Shown: positions 7,201 to 15,078 of the stretch, one piece after another | Position numbering within the stretch: position 1 is the stretch's first letter | How the letters are laid out: each line of letters starts with the position of its first letter | Origin: a virus | Lineage: Duplodnaviria > Caudoviricetes | IMG/VR virus record: IMGVR_UViG_3300007344_000161 | Location: 1-29,523 of that record | DNA length: 29,523 nucleotides | Direction: 5' to 3' (one strand) | The notes under the pieces: generated by a model | The model's input: the letters and a program-made list of their open reading frames with translations, nothing else | Databases searched by the model: none | What the model was told of the DNA's origin: nothing | Program-made: the position numbers and the translations under genes

Positions 7201-7328
7201 GACTCCGCGAATTACTCAAAGAATACAGCTACGGGCAGATTGCACTCGGCATCGCACAAATGTTCGTGGCCGCTTTCGTGATCTACGCCTATCTGGTTTT
7301 TTTACTGGCACTTGGAGGTGTGAAGTGA
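7197..7328 (+). CDS. 43-aa membrane peptide
   Basis: MRLRELLKEYSYGQIALGIAQMFVAAFVIYAYLVFLLALGGVK; ATGA/GTGA coupling. Confidence 0.55.
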   Translation: MRLRELLKEYSYGQIALGIAQMFVAAFVIYAYLVFLLALGGVK

Positions 7329-7570
7329 ATCACGATGAATACCACCAGCAGCAACAGGAGCAACAGCAAATGGACGAATTCACAGTAACCGTCATGCAGC
7401 GCGAATACCGCTGCGTGACATCTGGCGACGGTTCCGAATTCCTGATTGAAGCCTGTTTCGATGATGCAGGCCGGGAGATTGAGGCCGATCTGGACATCTA
7501 TGACGCGGCAATGATTGAGCGCATTGAGCGCCTTATAACAGCCGCCGACATCTTGGGAGACAACGCATGA
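7325..7570 (+). CDS. Hypothetical protein
   Basis: GGAGG RBS before GTG 7325; ATGA overlap with erf. Confidence 0.6.
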   Translation: MNHDEYHQQQQEQQQMDEFTVTVMQREYRCVTSGDGSEFLIEACFDDAGREIEADLDIYDAAMIERIERLITAADILGDNA

Positions 7571-8133
7571 TTATCAAATCCGACAGCATCACGAAGATTT
7601 CAGCCGCACTCGGCAAGGCGCAGAGCCAGATGGGCAAAGCCATCACCGAGTCCGTTAATCCTCACTTCAAATCCAAGTACGCCGATCTGTCTCAGGTGCT
7701 GGATACCGTCCTGCCGCCGCTTAATGCGAACGGCATCGCCCTGACGCAATTGCCGGGGAGCCGTGACGGCCTCGTCACCGTGACCACCATGCTACTGCAT
7801 GAGTCCGGTGAGTTTATCGGCATGGAAGCGGCTATGGCTCCGGCCAAACCCGGCCCACACGCCTACGGCAGCTGCATCACCTACTTGCGCCGCTACAGTG
7901 CTGCGGCGGTCTGTGGGCTGACTCAGGCCGATGATGACGGCAATCAAGGGCAGGGCAAGGCCGCCGTGGACACATCCGGCGCAGAGCAAACCCTCCGCGC
8001 TGCTGCGATGAAGTCCTATGATGACTTTGCCGCTGCATGGGGCGCGCTGGATGGTGGTGTCAGGACTGCGATCAGCGAGGGCAACCCGCAACTGATTGCT
8101 GAACTGAAAGCACTCTGTCAGGAAGCGGCATGA
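7567..8133 (+). CDS. erf: ERF-family single-strand annealing protein
   Basis: NPHFKSKYADL, LLHESGE, GSCITYLRRY...GL...DDDG. Confidence 0.92.
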   Translation: MIIKSDSITKISAALGKAQSQMGKAITESVNPHFKSKYADLSQVLDTVLPPLNANGIALTQLPGSRDGLVTVTTMLLHESGEFIGMEAAMAPAKPGPHAYGSCITYLRRYSAAAVCGLTQADDDGNQGQGKAAVDTSGAEQTLRAAAMKSYDDFAAAWGALDGGVRTAISEGNPQLIAELKALCQEAA

Positions 8134-8681
8134 GGCTGACATCAAGCAACTTTGCCGCCGCTATGGGGCTGTCGCCGTGGATGTCCCGGCAGAAACTTTA
8201 CCGCGTGATGGTGGGCGAGGAAAACCGCGACCCACTAAACGCGAATATGCAATGGGGCATCGACAACGAACACCGCGCCGTTTCAGCAGCGGAAGCAATC
8301 ACCGGCTTGCTGTTCATGGAAACCGGCGAGAACCAGGTGCATCACGCTCTGGACTGCTACGGCACAACCCCGGACGGCAGGTTTCGCGCCACAGGCTTAG
8401 AGGTGAAATGCCCGCAGAAACTCACGGACGAGGTTCCAGACCACTACCTGCCGCAAGTGCAGGGGCAAATGTGGATTGCTGACCTTGACCGCGTGGTGTT
8501 CTGCCAATGGACACCGGACGAGTCACGCGCATGGTGGGTTATTCGCTCTGACGAATACATTGATGCCATGCAGCCCCTTCTCGCTGATTTTGTCGCCTGT
8601 GTGGAGTCCGAGACACCACCCAAGCGCCGGAAGAAGCCCGTATTACCCACAATCGAAACGCAAAGGATAGATCATGCCTGA
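8130..8681 (+). CDS. YqaJ / lambda-exonuclease family
   Basis: LTSS, MQWG..NE, TPDG, LEVKCP, Y.PQVQGQMW. Confidence 0.9.
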   Translation: MRLTSSNFAAAMGLSPWMSRQKLYRVMVGEENRDPLNANMQWGIDNEHRAVSAAEAITGLLFMETGENQVHHALDCYGTTPDGRFRATGLEVKCPQKLTDEVPDHYLPQVQGQMWIADLDRVVFCQWTPDESRAWWVIRSDEYIDAMQPLLADFVACVESETPPKRRKKPVLPTIETQRIDHA

Positions 8682-8997
8682 CCATTCAAACGACACCAAA
8701 CTCGCGCTCTGGAAGAACAACAATCGCCAGAAACCCACGCAGCCCATTCTCAAAGGCGGCAAGCCGCAGACCATCAATGGGCAGGAGTTTTGGGTAAGTG
8801 CCTGGATTAACGCGCCGAAGGATGACCCTGCACTCGCTGAAGCGATTGAGCGGATGGTGGATACCATGACGAACAAGAACGGGAACTACCCGCTCGTCAC
8901 GGTCAGCCTGTCGCCGGTTGAGGGTCAGGGGTATGCACCGTCCACTGCCCCCGCACAAGGCGGGTTCGATGCGCCGCAAGACGAAATCCCATTCTGA
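8674..8997 (+). CDS. Probable phage ssDNA-binding protein
   Basis: Follows erf/exo; LWKN......P...G....ING.E.WVSAW; acidic DEIPF C-terminus. Confidence 0.7.
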   Translation: MPDHSNDTKLALWKNNNRQKPTQPILKGGKPQTINGQEFWVSAWINAPKDDPALAEAIERMVDTMTNKNGNYPLVTVSLSPVEGQGYAPSTAPAQGGFDAPQDEIPF

Positions 8998-9266
8998 TGC
9001 GCACCACCCTACTCCTGCTCTGCTTCTCCACGCCAGCACTCACCACCATGAGTGCGTTGCCGTGTGAGCCGCAGAGCATGGAGTGGTTCGTATGTCTCGA
9101 CATCCACACGCACATAGATCGGCAGTGGTGCGAGACAGAACACGGGTGGGAAGGGGAAAATCAGGTAAAAAAAAACGGACAAGAGCGGCAACTCTTCATC
9201 CGTTTCACATCACCAGTGTCCAAGGTAAAAGCGCCGAGAGCCGTCGCGGTCTGGGTGCTCTTGTGA
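8997..9266 (+). CDS. Hypothetical protein, hydrophobic N-terminus
   Basis: TGATG coupling to upstream gene. Confidence 0.45.
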   Translation: MRTTLLLLCFSTPALTTMSALPCEPQSMEWFVCLDIHTHIDRQWCETEHGWEGENQVKKNGQERQLFIRFTSPVSKVKAPRAVAVWVLL

Positions 9267-9337
9267 CGAGGAACTATGTGACCTAACACTTTAATCATAG
9301 TTCCTTTAAGGTCGATTGTAAAGACCCCTGTCACAAG
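9260..9337. ncRNA. Candidate three-way-junction structured RNA
   Basis: CTTGTGAC/GTCACAAG closes AGGAACTATG/CATAGTTCCT and GGTC/GACC hairpins. Confidence 0.4.
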
Positions 9338-9384
9338 TTCTGTGTTCGCCGCGACGCAGTGAAAGACAGAAAGGAGCTCATATT

Positions 9385-9444
9385 ATGAGTACTTCTACCG
9401 ATGACTATTTTGTATACACCGAGAAGGGGTTTGTGCCGAAGTGA
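9385..9444 (+). CDS. 19-aa leader peptide coupled to C5 methylase
   Basis: AAGGAG RBS; MSTSTDDYFVYTEKGFVPK; GTGA overlap. Confidence 0.35.
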   Translation: MSTSTDDYFVYTEKGFVPK

Positions 9445-10361
9445 CCTACCGCGTCCTCGACCTCTTTAGCGGTATCGGCGGCTTTAGTTTAGGCCTGGAG
9501 CGAACTGGCGGCTTTGAAACGGTCGCTTTTTGCGAGATCGAAGAATGGCCTCGCAGGATACTGGCAAAGCATTGGCCCGATGTTAAGCAGTATACGGACG
9601 TAAGAGAACTGACATATGAGCGACTCGCAGCAGACGGAATTGCAGTTGACGTTATTACCGCAGGATTCCCCTGCCAAGACATTTCCACCGCAGGTAAAGG
9701 CGCGGGTATTGAGGGCGAGCGGTCAGGGCTCTGGTCAGAAGTTGCCCGACTTACTGGCGAACTACGACCCAGATACGTCATCCTGGAGAACGTCGCAGCG
9801 TTGCTTGGTCGAGGGCTGGACAAGGTTCTCGCAGACTTGGCCGAGATCGGGTATGACGCGGAATGGCATTGCATACCAGCTTCCCACATTGGCGCCCCTC
9901 ACCGCAGGGATAGATTCTGGTGCTTGGCCTACGCCTCGAGCGAACAGCGCGATGGCAGCGACCATTACACCCGAATCAGCGCACGACCCGAAGCGGCGCC
10001 TGAATCTGGAAACTGTGGTGGGGCAGAGGTTATGGCCCACGCCGACAGCCCGCGACTACAAGGGCGGGCGCACACCGGAAGCACTGGAAAAATCAGGGCG
10101 CGGAGCCAGCAATTCACTAAACGATGCGTTGACCGTGAACAACCAGCATGGACAACTGAACCCCGCATGGGTCTGCTGGCTGATGGGCTATCCGCTGGAC
10201 TATCTCGATCTGGATGGCTGGCAGAACCCGGAATTGGAAGGATTGCCAGCGGAGTACCTGACCGAACCCAAAAGCTGAAAGCTTTGGGTAATTCCATCGT
10301 GCCGCAGATGGCGACACTGATAGGTCAGGCCATTATTGAAATGGAGCAGGGCAATGACTGA
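9441..10361 (+). CDS. DNA (cytosine-5) methyltransferase, large (alpha) polypeptide
   Basis: DLFSGIGG (I), GFPCQD (IV), ENV (VI), HRRDR (VIII), LKALGNSIVP (X); no clear motif IX in this frame. Confidence 0.92.
   Translation: MTYRVLDLFSGIGGFSLGLERTGGFETVAFCEIEEWPRRILAKHWPDVKQYTDVRELTYERLAADGIAVDVITAGFPCQDISTAGKGAGIEGERSGLWSEVARLTGELRPRYVILENVAALLGRGLDKVLADLAEIGYDAEWHCIPASHIGAPHRRDRFWCLAYASSEQRDGSDHYTRISARPEAAPESGNCGGAEVMAHADSPRLQGRAHTGSTGKIRARSQQFTKRCVDREQPAWTTEPRMGLLADGLSAGLSRSGWLAEPGIGRIASGVPDRTQKLKALGNSIVPQMATLIGQAIIEMEQGND
9616..10278 (+). CDS. Nested alternative-frame small (beta) polypeptide of the C5 methylase
   Basis: Two WPTP repeats and GQLNPAWVCWLMGYP (motif IX-like); 220 codons open within the methylase gene; true start uncertain. 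Confidence 0.65.
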   Translation: MSDSQQTELQLTLLPQDSPAKTFPPQVKARVLRASGQGSGQKLPDLLANYDPDTSSWRTSQRCLVEGWTRFSQTWPRSGMTRNGIAYQLPTLAPLTAGIDSGAWPTPRANSAMAATITPESAHDPKRRLNLETVVGQRLWPTPTARDYKGGRTPEALEKSGRGASNSLNDALTVNNQHGQLNPAWVCWLMGYPLDYLDLDGWQNPELEGLPAEYLTEPKS

Positions 10362-10434
10362 GAACGACTACGTGCTACTGCTTAGTGCGTGTTGGATGAT
10401 TATCTTAATTGTGCTGACGCGATGGCCGAAATGA
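10354..10434 (+). CDS. 26-aa hydrophobic peptide
   Basis: MTENDYVLLLSACWMIILIVLTRWPK; GGAG RBS; ATGA overlap with next gene. Confidence 0.4.
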   Translation: MTENDYVLLLSACWMIILIVLTRWPK

Positions 10435-10763
10435 CTAACAAAATCCTATCGCCCGCCGAAGTGGCTGAGATACAGGCGCGGCATGATGCTGACCATGAAG
10501 TAACTAATGGATTGCAGCTATTACGCGACCGCGCCGCCCTGCTGGCCTCGCATGAAGCGTTGCGGGCTGAACTGCTGAACCGTGACGCTATACAACTGCC
10601 CGACAAAGACGCCGAACTGGATGCCGCCCATAAAGAGATAGCGCGGCTGCGGGACGCCCTGAAGTTAGCAGGGACGTTGCTGCGACCTTCTCAAAAAGAG
10701 TGGCTGATAAAGCGTTCTGATTGGGAAGGCTACAAGGACATAGTGCCGGAGTTGCTGAAATGA
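10431..10763 (+). CDS. Hypothetical coiled-coil protein (ead/ea22-like region)
   Basis: ATGA-coupled; helical composition. Confidence 0.55.
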   Translation: MTNKILSPAEVAEIQARHDADHEVTNGLQLLRDRAALLASHEALRAELLNRDAIQLPDKDAELDAAHKEIARLRDALKLAGTLLRPSQKEWLIKRSDWEGYKDIVPELLK

Positions 10764-11332
10764 CCACCAAGCACAAGCGCCCTGACGGGCATAAACCGAA
10801 TTGCCCGCTCAACCGCCCGTCATGGGAAGCGCCCCGCTATGGCGATAAATGCACCTGCCAAGACACCGCGCCCCTTGTAACAACGGAAGAATCAGGCGCG
10901 AGAAACGTAGATGTTGACAGGTTAATGGAAATGCCAGCGGGGCAGAAGGTTCTGGATGATGTCGCGGGACTGCGGGAGGCACAAGCGCCCACGGATGCGG
11001 AGATTGAGGCAGCGATTGATGCAGTTCGCTGCTTTCCTGACAGTCCTGAAGGTTGTTACGAATGGTGGCCTAAGCCCGCAGTCGAGGAACTACTCCGCGC
11101 CTACCGCGCCAAGTGTGCGGAAGTGGATGCATTGCGGGTACAGGTAGATGGCCTGTGCAGTACGCTGCGCGGCTCAAAGCAACATCACGCCGCCGAGAAA
11201 CAACGCGCTGACCGGCTGGCTGAGTATGCGCGGCATAAACTGCACTGCGTAAGGCTTGACCCTATGGAAACAGAAACCAAATGCAACTGTGGCCTTGCTG
11301 AACTGATGGAGGGTGAGGTTCCTTGTGACTGA
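10760..11332 (+). CDS. Hypothetical protein with Cys/His motifs at both ends
   Basis: H..NC...C.C near N-terminus and H..HC...CNCGL near C-terminus. Confidence 0.6.
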   Translation: MTTKHKRPDGHKPNCPLNRPSWEAPRYGDKCTCQDTAPLVTTEESGARNVDVDRLMEMPAGQKVLDDVAGLREAQAPTDAEIEAAIDAVRCFPDSPEGCYEWWPKPAVEELLRAYRAKCAEVDALRVQVDGLCSTLRGSKQHHAAEKQRADRLAEYARHKLHCVRLDPMETETKCNCGLAELMEGEVPCD

Positions 11333-11400
11333 GTTGCCTAGCCGATTAGAGGCGGGCTACATCCGCAAATTCCGACCGCTATACAATGTGATATACAACC

Positions 11401-11763
11401 ATGATTGAATTACCAAAACTCTACACGGATGCAGAGGCCGCGAAGCTGCTGGATGTGAGCAAAAGCACGGTCAAGCGGTTGCGGCTGTCGGGGCAGATTG
11501 GCTCCATCAAGATAAGCCCGCGCAAACCACGGATTCGGAGTGACCAATTACAACAATACATTGAAGATATGAGGGTTGACCCATGCCCGAAAGATTCCAG
11601 ATCGGAGACTACTGGCTCTCAAAGAGGAAAGGCCGCAAGTTCTGGCACAGAACGTGGTTCGACCAGAAAACTAGACAGACGCGCAGGGAGTCACTTGGTA
11701 CAGAATCTTACGAAACCGCCAAGAAAGCCCTTGCGGAGTGGTACGCCAAGCACGGCGAGTTAA
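11401..11763 (+). CDS. xis: Excisionase-like HTH protein
   Basis: LYTDAEAAKLLDVSKSTVKRL...G.I; directly upstream of and overlapping integrase. Confidence 0.75.
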   Translation: MIELPKLYTDAEAAKLLDVSKSTVKRLRLSGQIGSIKISPRKPRIRSDQLQQYIEDMRVDPCPKDSRSETTGSQRGKAASSGTERGSTRKLDRRAGSHLVQNLTKPPRKPLRSGTPSTAS

Positions 11764-12668
11764 GGAAGGAAGCCCCGGAGTCGGTGCTTCTGGATGAACT
11801 GCTGGCACGGTACTACGAAGGCCACGCGATACAGACCGCGAGTGCCGAGCAAGCCTATTACGCGATTCAAAGGCTCTCCGCGATGCTTGAGGGCATCACC
11901 GTGGCAGAGTTCGACCACGCAGAACAAACCCGCTTCATCACCGAGTGCCGCGATGAGGGGCTGTCAGACGGGTATATCAGCCGCACGCTCACCGTGGCGA
12001 GAGCCGCGATAAACAGGGCATACAAGCGTGGAGAATTGGCCTCTGCCCCATTTGTGATGTCAGCAGGGGAAAGCCCCGCGAGGGACAGGGTGCTGTCTGC
12101 GGAGGAAATGGTCGCATTTCTGAGCGCGATTGATCGCCCTGTTATCGCCCATTTCTGCCTGTGGAGCCTCAATACCACAGCAAGGCCGAGCGCCATTCTG
12201 GAGCTAAAGCATTTTCAGGTGGACAGTCGGGCGGGATTCGTTGCCCTCAACCCCCCAGGGAGGAAGCAAACCAAGAAGCACCGCCCCACCGTTCCCCTCA
12301 CGGACTCCATGCGGGCGCTATACAGCCGTTTTAACGGCTCCGAATACGTCATAGGCAAGCGCCTACAATCCGTCAAAACGCCCTTTAGGACGCTCTCACG
12401 GCGCTCTGGCGTGGACAGGGTGACACCCTACACGTTACGGCATACGATGGGGGCAGAATTACGGGCGAGAGGGGTTCCCGCATGGGAAGCTGCGGGCATC
12501 ATGGGTCACAAGATCGGGGGAACTACAGAGATCTATGCCAAATACGCCCCGGACTATCTCAGCCACGCACGACAGGCGATTGATGCCTATATGGGTGAAA
12601 TCCTGCCGCACGTTGCATGGGTCGAGGGGTGGCACGCAGATGGCACGCACGGCGCGGTAAGTCTTTGA
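11583..12668 (+). CDS. int: Tyrosine integrase
   Basis: TTARP (R), YTLRH, MGH, IYAKY catalytic motifs; adjacent to att core. Confidence 0.93.
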   Translation: MPERFQIGDYWLSKRKGRKFWHRTWFDQKTRQTRRESLGTESYETAKKALAEWYAKHGELRKEAPESVLLDELLARYYEGHAIQTASAEQAYYAIQRLSAMLEGITVAEFDHAEQTRFITECRDEGLSDGYISRTLTVARAAINRAYKRGELASAPFVMSAGESPARDRVLSAEEMVAFLSAIDRPVIAHFCLWSLNTTARPSAILELKHFQVDSRAGFVALNPPGRKQTKKHRPTVPLTDSMRALYSRFNGSEYVIGKRLQSVKTPFRTLSRRSGVDRVTPYTLRHTMGAELRARGVPAWEAAGIMGHKIGGTTEIYAKYAPDYLSHARQAIDAYMGEILPHVAWVEGWHADGTHGAVSL

Positions 12669-12846
12669 ACTGTATGAGCCGTTATTGCCCCTCAAATAAC
12701 GTAAATACCTGTTATTATTGGGATTCACCGACCTTGACATGGTAGGGGTCGGCAGTTCAATCCTGCCCGCGCCTACCAATCTTATCAATAGTTTAGACGG
12801 CAATCAGCAAAACCTGCGCACCCTACTGGCACGCAAGTGGCACGCA
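12630..12846. mobile_element. attP site with arm-type repeats and IHF site
   Basis: TGGCACGCA at 12630, 12641, 12827 and 12838; TATCAATAGTTTA (12783-12795) matches WATCAANNNNTTR; tRNA fragment core in between. Confidence 0.85.
12731..12778 (+). other. att core: 3' half of tRNA-Val(GAC), not a full tRNA
   Basis: ACC-TTGACAT-GGT anticodon arm, GGCAG-TTCAATC-CTGCC T-arm, CGCGCCT-A-CCA; no 5' acceptor strand or D-arm. Confidence 0.9.
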
Positions 12847-12914
12847 GAGTGGTATTCTGCAAAGAATCGACTGCTGTACGCCTATCCACTACTGGATGCC
12901 CGTACAGGCATCAA

Positions 12915-13157
12915 TCAGTACAGAACGGTTATTCCGCTTGCGGTCGTCCCTGTGGCGTAAATCCGTTTCACGTTGGCGGGGAATACGCCGCCCGCCGACA
13001 CATAGACAGGGACGTTGGATGAGCCATTTTCCCAATCGGCGTAAACCAGACCGGAGGACTCCACGTTAATACCTCGCGTGACCGAGAAGGTTGCCGAATC
13101 GCTAGGGGTGATACGAACCGCGCCAGATGCGGGCCTGTTGCTGCTTGTTGATGCCAT
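12915..13157 (-). CDS. Head spike base protein, Rcc01079-like
   Basis: PA..A..ITPSD......TRGI.V...G.V and G...P..VKRIYATGTTASGI..LY pattern. Confidence 0.75.
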   Translation of the reverse strand: MASTSSNRPASGAVRITPSDSATFSVTRGINVESSGLVYADWENGSSNVPVYVSAGGVFPANVKRIYATGTTASGITVLY

Positions 13158-13158
13158 G

Positions 13159-14724
13159 TTAGATACCTATTCCAAATGAACCATTGCCGCTGCCGCTCTC
13201 CGGCTTTGCCGCAGCAGATCGGTAGTTAGCCACCAGCGCGTCAATGTCGGCCTGGGGAAGTTGCATAATCCTGTCGCCCGTCACCCGACTGTCAGCAAGC
13301 CAGCCCGTTAGGTTGGTCGGCGTACCGTTCACGCGGAAGTAGTTAGCGGTTGCGGAAGCCGAGTCAGGGATGATGTAAAGGTTGTTGTCAAAATTACAGA
13401 CGTTGCCAGTATCCACCGCCGCCAAGAAACCCCCAATATCGGAAACGTCCTGCACAATCACCGTATTATTCTGGATGGTCGCCGCAGTCGTGTTGCCCGT
13501 CTGGTTGGTTACATGGAGGATGCCAAGAACGCGCTGCAAGACACCAGACGACACAACGCAGACGTTATTCTCTACAGTCGCGCCAGCAACGCCCTTGATG
13601 TAAATGCTCGACCCGTAGTTGTCAAAAAGCAGGTTGCCCGTACATTCGCAACTGGTCGTTTCGTTGAGCAAGATGCCAACATATGAATCACGGCTAACAT
13701 TGCCAGAGCAAACGCCCGTAGTCTGGGTGCGCATGGCAATGTTATGCGGAGTGCTGGAAAGGTAATAGCTGCCCGTCACATGGTTTCCGACAACTGCGCC
13801 GCCGCTAATGTATGAGTTAGTGGCTGGCGAATCACCGTACCCGATGCCATAACCCGCCGGGGAATCGAAGTGAATCACGTTATCGGCAACCGTTGCGCCC
13901 GTTGTCGTGTAGGTGCTTTTGCCGAGTATCTGGATGCCGAAGGCTTCATTAGCTGTATGCGTGTGCGTGAACTTGAAATTACAGTTACGCACCACAGGGG
14001 AATCCGTGCCATACATAAAGATGACAGGACAACCTCCGGGGGTCGCGGAGAAGTCCACATTGCCGAAAACGCCATCAACAAAACCGGATACGCGGAAAGT
14101 GGCTGTATTTGCCCTCTCCACGCGAACGCATGACGCGGAGCTTGTTAGCAGGGTCGTGCCGTTTACATCCAGTTTACGGACGTTGACAACCTGATCGCCC
14201 GAAGTGCCGGGGCCGGTTGAAGTTGTTGAAACGCCGCCCTGGGTGTCTCCGTCAATCTTGCAGTTAATATACTCCTGCACACCAGCAGGACGGTCATTGT
14301 TGAAGTGCATTGAAGTCGCACCCCTCGCGGTGACGTTAATCCACTGCATGACCTCAGAAGCCGTTGCGCTGCCCGTAGTATTAAAACAATAGGTACAAAG
14401 CCCCTCACCGTCCACCGTCATATCCCGCCAAGTCGGCTCATCCGTTGTTGTGGTAGATGCAGACAGGTAAACAATGCGAACTGAGTGGGCGGGGTCTTTC
14501 CTGAGAACGGTAGAACGAGACTCGCCCTTAACCGTCACATCCTTCGTTGTGTTGATGTAGTTGCCCGAAGGGATGTCATACTCAGAACCGAGAATAACAA
14601 TCGTGTCGCCATCACTCGCCGCCGCTTCCGCAGCGCCGTATGTAAGGTATGGCGTAGCCGGGTCAGTCCCGTCGAGCGTGGCATCATCACCTAGCGGGGC
14701 TTCTGCAATGTAATATGTCGGCAT
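13159..14724 (-). CDS. Right-handed parallel beta-helix protein (pectin-lyase-like), candidate head fiber or depolymerase
   Basis: TYYI....GDD...GT....PY.T...A...A..GDTI start; repeated I/V-x-G/N-N turns. Confidence 0.75.
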   Translation of the reverse strand: MPTYYIAEAPLGDDATLDGTDPATPYLTYGAAEAAASDGDTIVILGSEYDIPSGNYINTTKDVTVKGESRSTVLRKDPAHSVRIVYLSASTTTTDEPTWRDMTVDGEGLCTYCFNTTGSATASEVMQWINVTARGATSMHFNNDRPAGVQEYINCKIDGDTQGGVSTTSTGPGTSGDQVVNVRKLDVNGTTLLTSSASCVRVERANTATFRVSGFVDGVFGNVDFSATPGGCPVIFMYGTDSPVVRNCNFKFTHTHTANEAFGIQILGKSTYTTTGATVADNVIHFDSPAGYGIGYGDSPATNSYISGGAVVGNHVTGSYYLSSTPHNIAMRTQTTGVCSGNVSRDSYVGILLNETTSCECTGNLLFDNYGSSIYIKGVAGATVENNVCVVSSGVLQRVLGILHVTNQTGNTTAATIQNNTVIVQDVSDIGGFLAAVDTGNVCNFDNNLYIIPDSASATANYFRVNGTPTNLTGWLADSRVTGDRIMQLPQADIDALVANYRSAAAKPESGSGNGSFGIGI

Positions 14725-14912
14725 TAGGCCGCATCCTCAACAATGTAATCTCTGTCCTGGCACATCAGGCGAATCTGCCCCTGTGCCACCTCTAGCGCGT
14801 GTTTCAGCGCCACGTTCTCTGCACTCACTTCCTCAAGGGTTAAGTGCAGTTCGTGAATCTGTTTTTTCTGGCTATCAACCAGTTCCGTTAGACCTTGTTT
14901 CTCGTAGTCCAT
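14724..14912 (-). CDS. Small coiled-coil hypothetical protein
   Basis: GGAGG RBS; TAATG coupling. Confidence 0.55.
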   Translation of the reverse strand: MDYEKQGLTELVDSQKKQIHELHLTLEEVSAENVALKHALEVAQGQIRLMCQDRDYIVEDAA

Positions 14913-15078
14913 AACCGCCCCTCCAATCTGAGTTCAGGGCTAAAAGATAGGCTTGCATCTCGTAGTAAGATCGCTCGCCGGTTTCATTCAGGGCTTCCAT
15001 ACCCGTGAATTGATTGCAGCGCGGGCCGTTCTTCTCTTTGGGAAGGCCGCACTGAAGGCAAAGGCGGTAGAATTTCAA
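14875..15078 (-). CDS. Small Cys-containing hypothetical protein
   Basis: TTGA overlap with upstream stop; CxxC. Confidence 0.4.
   Translation of the reverse strand: MKFYRLCLQCGLPKEKNGPRCNQFTGMEALNETGERSYYEMQAYLLALNSDWRGGYGLRETRSNGTG

Noticed and set aside
9167-9175. A9 tract as phase-variation site
   Set aside because: In-frame Lys-Lys-Asn codons in a hypothetical gene; no other support
3662-10361. Restriction-modification system
   Set aside because: Both methylases lack an adjacent recognisable endonuclease; orphan phage methylases are common
12703-12778. Complete tRNA-Val gene
   Set aside because: No 5' acceptor strand (AGGCGCG) or D-arm upstream; similarity starts in the anticodon stem, as expected for an att core
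12630-12846. CRISPR-like repeats
   Set aside because: Only 9-bp repeats in two tandem pairs, with no spacer periodicity; fits integrase arm sites
12459-13022. ORFs across attP (12459-12803 minus, 12718-12960 plus, 12837-13022 plus)
   Set aside because: Shadow translations of the tRNA fragment and neighbouring genes
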